A DNA stretch of 64,000 nt from an uncultured Planctomycetales bacterium (GCA_964401365.1 CAYNYG010000001.1:139254-203253), one strand, 5' to 3'; numbered from the stretch's first letter, positions 19,295 through 29,259 are shown. Numbers and translations: made by a program. Notes: generated by a model not told the origin, from the sequence alone.

Positions 19295-19897
19295 TCAGCG
19301 CGCGCCGCGCGGCGGGTGCTTGAGCAGCGCGGCACGCAGCGCGGCGACGATCTCCTCGGGCTCGCTCATCCGCCCCGGCCCCACCGCCCGGCACGAGAGC
19401 CAACCGGTCGCGGGCCCGATCATCGCGAACCCGCTGGTGCGCAGGAATTCCACGTTGCGCCGCACGGCCGGGTGCTCCCACATGCGCGTGTTCATCGCCG
19501 GGGCGAGGATCACGGGGCATTCGGCCCCGAGCAGCGTGGTGCTGACGAGGTCGTCGGCGATGCCGTTGGCGAGCTTGCCGATGGCGTTCGCCGTGGCCGG
19601 CGCGACCAGAATCAGATCGGCGGCCTCGCTGGCCTTGATGTGCTGCTGCTCGCCGGTCGGGCCGCGCGTCCACAGGCTGGTCGCGACGGGGCGGCCGCTG
19701 AGCGCCTCGAACGTGATGGTGCCGACGAAGCGCCGCGCGTTGCGCGTCATCGCGACGCTCACACCGCACCCGTCCTGCACCAGGGAGGAGACCACCACCG
19801 CGGCCTTGTAGGCGGCAATCCCCCCGGTGACGCAGAGGAGCACTTCGTAGCCCGCGAGGGGCCCGGGGGGCGTCGGCGTGGTGGCGTCAGTCGTCAC
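19295..19897 (-). CDS. coaC: Phosphopantothenoylcysteine decarboxylase (CoaC, flavoprotein)
   Basis: VLLCVTGGIAAYKAAVVVSSLVQDG...PAMNTRMWEHPAVRRNVEFL has the flavoprotein motifs. The ORF ends with its own stop at 19295. Confidence 0.8.
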   Translation of the reverse strand: MTTDATTPTPPGPLAGYEVLLCVTGGIAAYKAAVVVSSLVQDGCGVSVAMTRNARRFVGTITFEALSGRPVATSLWTRGPTGEQQHIKASEAADLILVAPATANAIGKLANGIADDLVSTTLLGAECPVILAPAMNTRMWEHPAVRRNVEFLRTSGFAMIGPATGWLSCRAVGPGRMSEPEEIVAALRAALLKHPPRGAR

Positions 19898-19955
19898 GAG
19901 TCGCTGCGCGTGCGCGCGTGGGGACGGCGGGCAAACCGGCCGGACCGCGGGCGAA

Positions 19956-20180
19956 TCAGATCTGCTCGGGCGTGGCCAGGTTCGACGCGGCGAAGTCGAT
20001 CGTAACCTTGCCCTGCTTGATCTCGTCGATCACGACCTCCAACTGCGTCTTGCCCGCGGTGTCGACCATGGGGCGGCTGCCCTGGAGCAGCTCCAACCAG
20101 CGCTTCTGAATCAGGGCCGCGAGCTTGAAGCGCCCGCCGACCCGGTTGATGATCTCGTCATCGCGGAGTGCGTCGATCAT
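19956..20180 (-). CDS. rpoZ: DNA-directed RNA polymerase subunit omega
   Basis: A 74-aa protein (MIDALRDDEIINRVGGRFKLAALIQKRWLELLQG) placed in the classic gmk-rpoZ position. Confidence 0.75.
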   Translation of the reverse strand: MIDALRDDEIINRVGGRFKLAALIQKRWLELLQGSRPMVDTAGKTQLEVVIDEIKQGKVTIDFAASNLATPEQI

Positions 20181-20779
20181 GCCGCCTGCGTCTCCCGTTC
20201 AATGATCTTCATGATCCGTTCGACCGAATCATTCAGTATATCGTTGGTGATGAAATAGGTGTAGCACCCGCTGCTCTGCGCGAAAGCGATCTCGCCGTCG
20301 GCCTCCGCCAGCCGCCTGGCCTGGAGCGATTCCGACTCCGTCGCCCGCCCCTCCAGCCGCGCCCGCAGGCTCTCCAGTGTGGGTGGCAGGATGAAAAACC
20401 GCAGCGACTCCGGGCAGCGCCGCGCAATTTGCGCGCCGCCCTGCACGTCGATCTCCATCACCACCACGTTCCCGGCCTCCACCGCGGCCAGCACGGGCTG
20501 CGCGGGCGTCCCGTAGCCGTTGCCAAGGTACTCGGCGTGCTCCAGCAGCTCCCCGTCCGCGACCATGCGGTCGAACGCGTCGCGCGTCACAAAATGGTAA
20601 TGCTGACCGTCCACCTCGTGGCCGCGACGCGCGCGGGTCGTGACCGACACGCTCCAGCACGCGCCGGAGATGCGCCGCAGAAGCTCCTCGCAGATGGAGG
20701 TCTTGCCCGCGCCCGACGGCCCGCTGATCACCACCAACCGACCGCGCCGCGCATCCCGGCCCGCCGCGCCTGACATCAC
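20177..20779 (-). CDS. gmk: Guanylate kinase
   Basis: RLVVISGPSGAGKTSI P-loop, VSVTTRARRGHEVDGQHYHFV and YFITNDILNDSVERI. Confidence 0.9.
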   Translation of the reverse strand: MMSGAAGRDARRGRLVVISGPSGAGKTSICEELLRRISGACWSVSVTTRARRGHEVDGQHYHFVTRDAFDRMVADGELLEHAEYLGNGYGTPAQPVLAAVEAGNVVVMEIDVQGGAQIARRCPESLRFFILPPTLESLRARLEGRATESESLQARRLAEADGEIAFAQSSGCYTYFITNDILNDSVERIMKIIERETQAA

Positions 20780-20792
20780 GCGCTCCCGCCGC

Positions 20793-21773
20793 TCAATGCT
20801 TGAGTTTTCTGACTTCCGCAGTCAACAACGGCACGATCTTGAACAGGTCCCCCACCACCGCGTAGTCGGCGATCTTCATCATCGGCGCCTCCGGGTCGGT
20901 GTTGATCGCCACGATCACTTTGCTGCCGCGCATCCCCGCCAGATGCTGGATCGCGCCACTGATCCCACACGCAACGTACAGCTTGGGCGTCACCGTCTTG
21001 CCCGTCAGCCCCACCTGCCGCGTATGCGGCTGATACCCGGCGTCGCAGGCGGCGCGACTGGCGCCGACCGCGGCGTCGAGCTCCCGGGCCAGCTCGAAGA
21101 TGATGCCGAAATTCTCCTGGTTCTTCAGCGACCGTCCACCCGACACGATGATGTCGGCCTCGGTGACGTCCTTCACGTCCCCGCCAGCGCGGGCCACCTC
21201 GCGCACCCGCAGGCGGTCGTCGCCGGGCGCCGCCTCGAACGGGATCGACTCGCGCGGCGCGCTCCCGCCTCCAGCGACCGCGGTGAACGTGTTGGGCCTC
21301 ACCGACACGATCGCCAGGCGCCCACCCGGACACGAAACTTCCGCGAACGCCTTCCCGTTGTACACCGGCCTGCGCACGCGAAGCGCGTCACCCTCCGGCG
21401 TCACGCCGACCGCGTCGGTCACCACCGCGGCCCGCAGCTTCGCCCCGACCCGCGGCGCCAAGTCGCGCCCCATGAACGTCGCCGGCATGAGCACGGTCCG
21501 CGGCGCCAGCCGCTGAATCGCCCCCGCCAGCGCCGAGCGATACAACGTCGCCGAGTACTTCGCCAGCGATGGATGCGTCACGGTCACCACCCGGTCCACG
21601 CCCGACCGCGCCATCGCCTCCGCCGCCGCGTCGACCGCGGCGCCGACAACGCAGGCCGACACCTGCCCGCCCGTTTGCGCGGCGATCGCCCGCGCAGGCG
21701 TCACACACTGAAGCGCGGCCGGATGAAGCCGGTCGTCCCGTTGTTCCGCGAACACCATTACGTCCTGCGCCAT
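20793..21773 (-). CDS. etfA: Electron transfer flavoprotein alpha subunit
   Basis: The C-terminal FAD-binding region (GASRAACDAGYQPHTRQVGLTGKTVTPKLYVACGISGAIQHLAGM) is diagnostic. Confidence 0.85.
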   Translation of the reverse strand: MAQDVMVFAEQRDDRLHPAALQCVTPARAIAAQTGGQVSACVVGAAVDAAAEAMARSGVDRVVTVTHPSLAKYSATLYRSALAGAIQRLAPRTVLMPATFMGRDLAPRVGAKLRAAVVTDAVGVTPEGDALRVRRPVYNGKAFAEVSCPGGRLAIVSVRPNTFTAVAGGGSAPRESIPFEAAPGDDRLRVREVARAGGDVKDVTEADIIVSGGRSLKNQENFGIIFELARELDAAVGASRAACDAGYQPHTRQVGLTGKTVTPKLYVACGISGAIQHLAGMRGSKVIVAINTDPEAPMMKIADYAVVGDLFKIVPLLTAEVRKLKH

Positions 21774-21783
21774 GCTCCGTTCC

Positions 21784-22308
21784 CTATTGGCCGGCGTCGA
21801 GCAGCTTGAAGCTCTTCGCGGCTGACTCGAACGCGTCCTTGAGCTTGCCGAACTGGCTTTCGAGGCCCGTGCACGTCACGAGGTAGGTCCGGGCCTCGTC
21901 GCACACCCCCAGCGCCAGAAAGTGCATGTCGCGGCCCTGCACCTTGCCCGAGTACTCGAACAGGCACGTGTCGCGCCCCTGAAGCTTGCCCGGCTCCTCG
22001 CGGACCAGCTTGAGCGACAGTTGCGCAAACTGCCCCTTCGAGATGTCGCGGAACTGGTCCGCGGTCATCGCGGGCTGGATCATCACGTTCACATTCGGCG
22101 CCATCCCGTCGCTGGCGGTCCCGAACATCTGCACCACCACCTGCGACGTCCCGGCCGGGACCGGCTCAAACCCCGGCGCCTCGATCCGGAACCCGTGCAC
22201 CGTGCTTTCGTACACCGCGGGTTTGCTGGCGCCGGACCAGTATCCCGCCCCGAACGCGCACAGCGCGCCGAGTCCAATGCAGGCCGGCAACCATCGCGAG
22301 CTAACCAT
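21784..22308 (-). CDS. Hypothetical secreted protein or lipoprotein inserted between etfB and etfA
   Basis: Signal peptide MVSSRWLPACIGLGALCAFGAGY. I recognise no family. It sits 11 nt from etfA and 22 nt from etfB on the same strand. Confidence 0.5.
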   Translation of the reverse strand: MVSSRWLPACIGLGALCAFGAGYWSGASKPAVYESTVHGFRIEAPGFEPVPAGTSQVVVQMFGTASDGMAPNVNVMIQPAMTADQFRDISKGQFAQLSLKLVREEPGKLQGRDTCLFEYSGKVQGRDMHFLALGVCDEARTYLVTCTGLESQFGKLKDAFESAAKSFKLLDAGQ

Positions 22309-22329
22309 GCATGCCTCCGTCGCCTCCGC

Positions 22330-23133
22330 CTAGATCGCCTTGGCTTCGTCGCGCAGCAGTCGAACCAGCTCCGCCGCGACCTGCTCCGGCTCGCCCGTGA
22401 GCGTCTTTCCCGCCTGGCGCGCGGGCGGGGGGTCAAGCTTGAGCGTCCGCACGCCACCGATCGAGCCGATCAGGTCGCCGAATCCGGGCACTTCCGCGCG
22501 GGTTACGAGCCGCAGCGGCTTCTTCTTGGCCTTCATCAGGTTCGGCAGCGACGGGTAGCGCGGCTCACAAAGCCCCTTCTCGCACGTAACCAGGGCCGGG
22601 AGCGCGGCCTCGACCACCTCTTCCGCGCCTTCCACGCGCCGATTCGCGACCAGCGACCTGCCATCCGCGGAAAGCTCCAGTTTGGTTGCGGCGCCGACGT
22701 GCGGGATGTCCAGCAGCTCCGCCAGCGCCGGGCCCAACTGCCCGCTGTCCAGGTCGATCTCCTGCTTGCCGCGCAGGATCAGGTCGTACCCGGCAGGCCG
22801 CACCACGCAGGCAATCAGGGCCGCGGTCTGAAGCTCGTCCAGCTTGTCGAACTCGTCGTCCTGGAGGTGGATCGCGTCGTCGGCGCCAATGGCGAGCGCC
22901 GTCCGCAGGGCTTCCCCCGCGCTCGCCGGACCGACGGTCAGGGCCGTAATGGACTCGACATCCTGGCGCGCTTCGCGCAACCGCACGGCCTGCTCGATGG
23001 CGAACTCGTCGAACGGGTTGACCACCAGCTTGACGCCGGCACGGTCGATGTCCAGGCCGTCGGGGCGGATCTTGATGTTGGTGGTCGAATCGGGGACTTG
23101 TTTGACCAGTACCAGAAGCTTCATGCTCGCCAT
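22330..23133 (-). CDS. etfB: Electron transfer flavoprotein beta subunit
   Basis: MKLLVLVKQVPDSTTNIKIRPDG...VVNPFDEFAIEQAVRL. The start is at MASMKLL or MKLL (23133 or 23124). Confidence 0.85.
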   Translation of the reverse strand: MASMKLLVLVKQVPDSTTNIKIRPDGLDIDRAGVKLVVNPFDEFAIEQAVRLREARQDVESITALTVGPASAGEALRTALAIGADDAIHLQDDEFDKLDELQTAALIACVVRPAGYDLILRGKQEIDLDSGQLGPALAELLDIPHVGAATKLELSADGRSLVANRRVEGAEEVVEAALPALVTCEKGLCEPRYPSLPNLMKAKKKPLRLVTRAEVPGFGDLIGSIGGVRTLKLDPPPARQAGKTLTGEPEQVAAELVRLLRDEAKAI

Positions 23134-23403
23134 CCCGTCAGCGGTCGCGGACGACGTCCTGCGCCCTAGGAGCTGGGGACATTGGACCCGGAGGTGACCC
23201 CGGGTGGGCAATGATAACCCCCACCCGTCCGGTGCCGCAATTCGGCGCGGCGGGGGCGTTCGACGCGCGCTCCCGGATGGGGCTTGCGGTCGCCGCCATC
23301 TGAGCCGGCCTGTCCCTGCGCCGGCCCCGTACGCACGCGCCGCCGTCGCGGGCCTGGTCTACGATCCGACCGGCTGCGTCGCCCGGCGCGACACCGGCAG
23401 CGC

Positions 23404-24039
23404 ATGGAGGAATCCGGTAGGATCCGCGACGGGATGTTCTCACCAGACGACGCTCTGGTTTCGGCTGCGCGAGCCGGCGATTCGGACGCCATCGCCGAGC
23501 TGCTGCGCCGCCACGGGCCGGCGGTGGAGGCGGCGCTGCGCGTCGATCCCGTCTGGCGCGGGCTCATCGAACCGGCCGACGTGATGCAGGTCACCTACCT
23601 CGAAGCCTTCCTCCAGATGGAGCGCTACGACCCGCAGCGCGGCGTGGGGTTCGGCGCGTGGCTCGCGCGACTGGCGGAAAACAACCTGCGCGACGCGATC
23701 CGCGGCCTCCAGGCCGCCAAGCGCCCCTCGCCGCTGCGCCAGGTTCGGCCGCGGACCGAGGACTCGGTCCAGGGACTGCTGGCCGAGCTGGCCGCGGAAA
23801 GCGCCACGCCCAGCCGCAGCGTCGCGCGGCGCGAGCTGCACGGATTGCTCGACGCGGCGCTGGGCTGCCTCCCGGAAAACTACGGCGAGGTGATCCGGCT
23901 GTACGACCTCGAGCAGCGACCGATCGAGGAGGTGGCGGCGCGCCTGGGGCGTTCGCCCGCGGCCGTCCACATGCTGCGTGCGCGGGCCCACGATCGGCTG
24001 CGCGAGCAGCTCGGGCTGGACGCCGGGCGTCCGCCGTAA
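23404..24039 (+). CDS. ECF-family RNA polymerase sigma factor
   Basis: Sigma-70 region 2 (VMQVTYLEAFLQMERYDPQRGVGFGAWLARLAENNLRDAIR) and region 4 (YGEVIRLYDLEQRPIEEVAARLGRSPAAVHMLRARAHDRLR). Confidence 0.8.
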   Translation: MEESGRIRDGMFSPDDALVSAARAGDSDAIAELLRRHGPAVEAALRVDPVWRGLIEPADVMQVTYLEAFLQMERYDPQRGVGFGAWLARLAENNLRDAIRGLQAAKRPSPLRQVRPRTEDSVQGLLAELAAESATPSRSVARRELHGLLDAALGCLPENYGEVIRLYDLEQRPIEEVAARLGRSPAAVHMLRARAHDRLREQLGLDAGRPP

Positions 24040-24237
24040 TGCGGGCGCGTGTGCGACACCGGCGCGTGCGCGCGGAACCGGCGCGGGGACAAGCCGGCGC
24101 GGACGATGGCGATGGCAGCCCGATCGCGAAGCGCCCGCGTTCCGCGCCGTCCGGCTGCGCGGGTCGCATTGCCGCGCCCTCGTGCTACACTGCGTGGTTT
24201 GCGGCTCGCGCGCGAGCCGCACCCGGAGGCCGCTCGG

Positions 24238-25254
24238 ATGCTGGTCGTCATGTCGCCGCAGGCCACCCCTGAGCAGGTGGACGCCGTCGCGCGGCGGATC
24301 GCCGAGCTGGGCTACACGCCGCACGTGATGCCCGGGGTGACCCGCACGGCGATCGGCGTGACCGGCAACCGCGGCCCGGAGGGGCGGGACGTGCTGGCGC
24401 TCATGCCGGGCGTCGAAGACGTCGTACGCGTCACCGCACCTTACAAGCTCGTCTCCCGCCAGACCCACCCGGAACCCACCGTCGTCCGCGCGGCCTCGAC
24501 GCAGATCGGCGGTGGCGGCGTCACGCTCATGGCCGGTCCGTGCTCGGTCGAGAGTGAGGCGATGATCGTCGAAACCGCGCGCTTCCTGACCGGCCTCGGT
24601 GTGCGGTTGCTTCGCGGCGGCGCCTACAAGCCGCGCACCAGTCCCTACAGCTTTCAAGGCCTCGGCGCCGAGGGGCTGCGGCACCTGGCCGCGGCACGCG
24701 CCGAAACCGGCATCGGCATCGTCACCGAAGTCATGGACGTCGAAAGCATCGCGCAGATCGAGGAGCATGCCGACGTGCTCCAGGTCGGCACGCGCAACAT
24801 GCAGAATTACCCCCTGCTGCGCGCCCTTTCCCGCTGCCGAAAGCCCGTCCTTCTCAAGCGCGGCCTGGCCGCCACGCTCGAAGAGTGGCTCATGGCCGCC
24901 GAGTACCTCATGAGCGGTGGAAACTACCAGATCATCCTCTGCGAGCGCGGCGTGCGGACCTTCGCCGACCACACCCGCAGCACGCTCGACCTGTCCATCG
25001 TCCCGGTCGTCAAGCACGTCTCGCACCTGCCGGTGGTGGTCGACCCCAGCCACGGCACCGGGAAGGCCGAATACGTGCCCGCCATGTCGCGCGCCGCGGC
25101 GGCGGCCGGCGCCGACGGGTTGCTGATCGAAGTTCACCCGTGCCCCGCGCGGGCACTCTCCGACGGAGCGCAGTCCCTGGACTTCGCCGCTTTCGAGGCG
25201 ATGATCGCATCCCTGCGCCCCCTGACGACGGCCATGAACCTGACCCTCCGTTGA
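24238..25254 (+). CDS. aroG: 3-deoxy-7-phosphoheptulonate (DAHP) synthase, type I-beta with N-terminal regulatory domain
   Basis: GPCSVESEAMIVETARFLTGLGVRLLRGGAYKPRTSPYSFQGLG...KRGLAATLEEWLMAAEYL matches the KDSA/DAHPS fold. A ~75-aa N-terminal extension precedes it. A GGAGG RBS is present. Confidence 0.85.
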   Translation: MLVVMSPQATPEQVDAVARRIAELGYTPHVMPGVTRTAIGVTGNRGPEGRDVLALMPGVEDVVRVTAPYKLVSRQTHPEPTVVRAASTQIGGGGVTLMAGPCSVESEAMIVETARFLTGLGVRLLRGGAYKPRTSPYSFQGLGAEGLRHLAAARAETGIGIVTEVMDVESIAQIEEHADVLQVGTRNMQNYPLLRALSRCRKPVLLKRGLAATLEEWLMAAEYLMSGGNYQIILCERGVRTFADHTRSTLDLSIVPVVKHVSHLPVVVDPSHGTGKAEYVPAMSRAAAAAGADGLLIEVHPCPARALSDGAQSLDFAAFEAMIASLRPLTTAMNLTLR

Positions 25255-25284
25255 TCCCGCGCCGCGCAGCCCCCGGAGCGCACC

Positions 25285-25848
25285 ATGCGAACCGCCCTCT
25301 CAGCCGTCCTGTTCCTCCTGTTCGCGCCTCTGCTGGGTGCCGGGTGCTCCGGAGCCGCCGAATCTCCCGCGTCGCCCAACGGGCGCACCGCGGGCGCCGC
25401 CACGCAGCCGGCCACCGCGCCGGCCACGCCGCGGTCCAGCTCGCGCTTCCGCCGCTATCCGCTCGACACCCTGCCGCAGTCGAGAATCCGCGTGAACGGA
25501 AACGACTTGCGCGTCTGGCTCGCGATCACGGATGCCCAGCACATGGAAGGGCTCATGCACGTGCCGGCCGAGGAGATCGCCGACGATCAGGGCATGCTCT
25601 TCGTCTTCCCCGACGAGGAGGAGCGCTCTTTCTGGATGCGCAACACGATCACGTCGCTCGACATCGCCTACATGCGCACCGACGGCACCATCGTGAAGAC
25701 CTACACCATGCCCCCGCTTACGCTGAACAGCTTCCCGTCGATCGAGCCGGCGCGGTGGGTTCTCGAAGTCAAGGCCGGAACCTTTGCGCGGCTCGGGATC
25801 GACGCCGGGGACGTCGTCTCCATCCCGCGCGAGCTGCAATCACCCTGA
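25285..25848 (+). CDS. DUF192-domain secreted protein or lipoprotein
   Basis: Lipobox LLGAGCSG. LRVWLAITDAQHMEGLMHV...GMLFVFPDEEERSFWMRNTITSLDIAYM is typical of DUF192. Confidence 0.6.
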   Translation: MRTALSAVLFLLFAPLLGAGCSGAAESPASPNGRTAGAATQPATAPATPRSSSRFRRYPLDTLPQSRIRVNGNDLRVWLAITDAQHMEGLMHVPAEEIADDQGMLFVFPDEEERSFWMRNTITSLDIAYMRTDGTIVKTYTMPPLTLNSFPSIEPARWVLEVKAGTFARLGIDAGDVVSIPRELQSP

Positions 25849-25873
25849 GCCGACGCCCCGGGGCCCGCGCGCC

Positions 25874-27826
25874 TCACTCGCCGAGCAGCGCCCGCACGCG
25901 GTCGGCGGTCTGCGCCGCGCTCAGCCCGCAGTACTCCAGCTCCTCGGCCGGCTCACGCGTGGACTTGGGCACCCGGTCGCAGTGCGCCGTACGCACGCGA
26001 ATCCCCCCGCCCGCGGCCGCCGCCTCGCACACCGCCGCGCCCAGCCCCCCGCCGTAGTTGTCCTCGACCACAAGAGCGCGGCGCCCGCAGCTCCGCAGCG
26101 CGGCCACAAGCCGCTCGGTCGCCAGCGGCAGCCCGTAGGCGTCGATCACCGCGGCGCGCACGTTCTGCCGCGCCAGGAGCTGCGCCGTCTCGAGCGCGAC
26201 GTGCACCATGGTCCCGGACGCGATGATCGCCAGGTCGTCCCCGGGACGCAGCACGTTGAACCCGCCCGGCTCGAAGCTCGCCCCTTCCGGATAGAGCAGC
26301 GGCACGTCCGGACGATGCGTGCGCATGTAGCACATCCCGCGCAGCTCGACCATCAGACGCGTGCAGGCCGCGGCCGCCACCGCGTCTGCGGGCTGGAAGT
26401 ACCAGCACAGCGGGCTGGCGCGGTCGTCGCCGCGCACGGTCGTCAGCGCGCGGAAGAACGGCGCATCCAGCAGTCCCATCTGGCTGGGACCGTCGGAGCA
26501 GGGCGTCACGCCGGAGTGCGACCCGACGATCTTGATGTTGCTGCGCGAGATGCTGGCCAGCTCGACCTGGTCCAGCGCCCGGGCGATGAACTTGGCGAAC
26601 GAGTTGGCGAACGGGATCAGCCCGGCGGCCGCCATCCCCGCCGCAACCGACAACATGTTCTGCTCGGCGATCTTGCACTCGAAGAAGCGGGCCGGGTGCG
26701 CCCGGGCGAAGATCTCGGTGAACGTCGAGTTGCTCACGTCACCGTCGAGGCACACCACCTGCGGTACAACTTCGCCGGCGGCGCGCAGCGCCGCGCCGTA
26801 CGCCCGGCGCGTCGACAGCAGGCGCCTCTGCACCGCGGCCTCCAGGCCCGCGCGGGACATCATCTCCGAAAAGCCCGGCCACTCCGCGCGGCGCGGGTCG
26901 ACCCGCAGCGGCACCGCCGCCCTGGGCGGAGGCGCGGGCCGCGGCAGCGCCGCCGGGTCCCCACCCGCCGGAACGCTGCGATCCAGGCTCGCGTACGCGA
27001 CCGGCAACTCGCTCGCTGGCAGCGGCTTGCCGTGCCAGTTGCCGGCGCGGAGCGACTCCACCCCCCAGCCCTTCACCGTTCGGGCGACGATCGCCAGCGG
27101 ACGCTCCTGCGCGCCACCCCGCAGCGCGTCGGCGATCGCGTCCGGGTCGTGCCCGTCAATCTCTTTCACGCTCCAGCCGAAGGCGCGCAGCTTCTCCGCC
27201 AGCCGCGGCGCGTGCTGCTGTGCGGAGACGTCACCCGCCTGCCCCTGGCGGTTGCAGTTGAACACCGCGACGACGTTGGTCAGTCCGTAGTCGACGATGA
27301 AATCCGCGGCCTCCCAGATCTGCCCTTCACGCGACTCGCCGTCTCCGACCAGCGCGAACACGCGCCGTGGCGAGCCGTCCAGCCTTGCGGCCGCCGCCAG
27401 CCCCGCCGCCACGCTCAGCCCCTGTCCCAGGCTGCCTGTCGCCGCGTCGAAGAACGGGAACCCCTCGGCCGGGTTGGGATGCCCGTCGAGCACGCTGTCC
27501 CGCGCGCGAAGCTGGTCCAGCTCCGCAACCGTCAGCGGCCGCAGCGACCCGTCGCCGCGCGGCCCCGTCCCGACCGCTCCGCCCAGGTCGGCCCAGGCGG
27601 CGTAGACGATGGGCACGGCGTGCCCCTCGGACAGCACCAGCCGGTCGCCGTGCGGGTCGGTCGGCCGCGCAGGGTCATGGCGCATCTCGCGGTACAGCAG
27701 GTGCGCCACGAGATGCGCCAGGGACAGAGCCGACGAAGGGTGACCGGCGCCGGCCAGGCTGGTCATCCGCACCACGTGTTTTCCGAGTTCGGCGGCCTTG
27801 GAGTGGATCGCGAGAGCAGGGCTCAT
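25874..27826 (-). CDS. tkt: Transketolase (single-chain, N- and C-terminal halves fused)
   Basis: GHPSSALSLAHLVAHL, the LVGDGESREGQIWEAADF TPP motif, and a pyrimidine-binding C-terminal half (FFECKIAEQNMLSVAAGMAAAG). Confidence 0.85.
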   Translation of the reverse strand: MSPALAIHSKAAELGKHVVRMTSLAGAGHPSSALSLAHLVAHLLYREMRHDPARPTDPHGDRLVLSEGHAVPIVYAAWADLGGAVGTGPRGDGSLRPLTVAELDQLRARDSVLDGHPNPAEGFPFFDAATGSLGQGLSVAAGLAAAARLDGSPRRVFALVGDGESREGQIWEAADFIVDYGLTNVVAVFNCNRQGQAGDVSAQQHAPRLAEKLRAFGWSVKEIDGHDPDAIADALRGGAQERPLAIVARTVKGWGVESLRAGNWHGKPLPASELPVAYASLDRSVPAGGDPAALPRPAPPPRAAVPLRVDPRRAEWPGFSEMMSRAGLEAAVQRRLLSTRRAYGAALRAAGEVVPQVVCLDGDVSNSTFTEIFARAHPARFFECKIAEQNMLSVAAGMAAAGLIPFANSFAKFIARALDQVELASISRSNIKIVGSHSGVTPCSDGPSQMGLLDAPFFRALTTVRGDDRASPLCWYFQPADAVAAAACTRLMVELRGMCYMRTHRPDVPLLYPEGASFEPGGFNVLRPGDDLAIIASGTMVHVALETAQLLARQNVRAAVIDAYGLPLATERLVAALRSCGRRALVVEDNYGGGLGAAVCEAAAAGGGIRVRTAHCDRVPKSTREPAEELEYCGLSAAQTADRVRALLGE

Positions 27827-27993
27827 GGAGTTTTGTATACCCGGTGGGGAAGCGACGCGGGCGCCCGCGCCCAGTCAAGCGTACGGACGAACGTCGACCG
27901 CAGGCAGTCACATGCCGGGATACGAGCATAGTCGCGGACCAGCGCCGCCGGCAAGCGGCGCGCCGCACACGACCACGGCCTGTCGCGCTTCAC

Positions 27994-28257
27994 GTGCTGC
28001 GCGACTGCCAGGAACGCCGCACGGCGGTGATCCGTCCTCGCCGCCGGCGCGTGGAGGAGTTGCAGCGCCGCCTCATGGCAGCCGGATCCGACAAGGAGCG
28101 GATCGCCGCGGTCGCCGCGGTCGACCAGGAGCGTGACGCGCTCAGCCGCAGGATCGACGAGATCTTCGAACAGCAGCTCAAGCCGCGCCTGGAGCGCATC
28201 CCCAACCGCGCGCAGCGCCAAGCCGCGCTGGGGCGCGCGCCACCGGCACGCCCCTGA
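27994..28257 (+). CDS. Possible small helical protein (87 aa, GTG start)
   Basis: Only the tail of the long, Arg-rich track ORF 27367..28257 looks protein-like (EELQRRLMAAGSDKERIAAVAAVDQERDALSRRIDEIFEQQLKPRLERIPN). It lies in the 480-nt gap between tkt and arcC. This is a weak call. Confidence 0.25.
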   Translation: MLRDCQERRTAVIRPRRRRVEELQRRLMAAGSDKERIAAVAAVDQERDALSRRIDEIFEQQLKPRLERIPNRAQRQAALGRAPPARP

Positions 28258-28305
28258 CCCCACCTGCCCTGCGACGCCCGCACGCGTTGGCCGCGACCCG
28301 GCGTC

Positions 28306-29259
28306 TCAGTTCACGATCTCCGTCCCGCTCTCCCCCGCCACCGCCGCCGCAATCCGCTCCGTGCCGCAGATGACCGCCCGCGCCGGCCGCCCTCGCGCAC
28401 CCGCGACGAACGCGATCGCCGCTTCGATCTTCGGCGCCATCGACCCGGGCGGAAACTGCCCCGCGGCCAGGTATCGCCGCGCGTCGGCCACGCTGAGCCG
28501 ATCCAGGTCGCGCTGCCCCGGCCGCCCGAAATCCAGCGCCACGCGCTCCACGCCGGTCGCGAGAACCAGCACGTCCGCGCCGATGCCGAGCGCCAGCAGG
28601 CTTGACGTCAGGTCCTTGTCGATCACCGCCTCGCAACCGACCCGCTGCCCGCCGCGCTGCACGACCGGCACGCCTCCGCCGCCGGCCACGACCAGCAGCT
28701 CCCCGGCTTCGACCCAGCGCCGGATCGCGTCGATCGCGACAATCGCCCGCGGCCGCGGCGACGGGACCACGCGCCGCAGCCCGCGACCCGGCACGGCGAC
28801 CATCGCGTAGCCGCACTTCTCCTGAAGCTCCCGCGCACGCTGCGCGGAGTAGAACGCCCCGACCGGCTTGGTCGGCGCGCCGAACGCCGGATCGTCCGCG
28901 TCGACCTCCACGGTGGTCACGATCGGGACGACCGCCCGCGTGATCCCGCGCTGCGCAAGCGCGTTCTCCAGACAGACCGCGATCATGTACCCCATCCCGC
29001 CCTGCGTGTCGGCGACGCATACGTCCAGCGGCAGCGAATACACCTCGCTCGATGCGATCTCGACCCGGCGAAGCACGTTGCCGACCTGCGGACCATTCCC
29101 GTGCGTCAGCACCAGGCGGTGGCCCCGCGCCACCAGCTCGACCAGGTGCTCGGCCGTGCGGCGCGTGGTGGCGAACTGCTCCTCGATGGTCCCGACGGCG
29201 CCGGGCGGGGAAATGGCGTTCCCGCCCAGGGCGATCACAAGCGTCGATGAAGCGGTCAT
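28306..29259 (-). CDS. arcC: Carbamate kinase
   Basis: LVIALGGNAI...LTHGNGPQVGN...VCVADTQGGMGYMI...VVAGGGGVPVV matches carbamate kinase motifs. Confidence 0.85.
   Translation of the reverse strand: MTASSTLVIALGGNAISPPGAVGTIEEQFATTRRTAEHLVELVARGHRLVLTHGNGPQVGNVLRRVEIASSEVYSLPLDVCVADTQGGMGYMIAVCLENALAQRGITRAVVPIVTTVEVDADDPAFGAPTKPVGAFYSAQRARELQEKCGYAMVAVPGRGLRRVVPSPRPRAIVAIDAIRRWVEAGELLVVAGGGGVPVVQRGGQRVGCEAVIDKDLTSSLLALGIGADVLVLATGVERVALDFGRPGQRDLDRLSVADARRYLAAGQFPPGSMAPKIEAAIAFVAGARGRPARAVICGTERIAAAVAGESGTEIVN

Noticed and set aside
23404-24237. Anti-sigma factor downstream of the first ECF sigma gene
   Set aside because: The ~200-nt gap before the DAHP synthase gene contains only low-complexity ORFs in the wrong frames and no TM or zinc-finger anti-sigma-like ORF.
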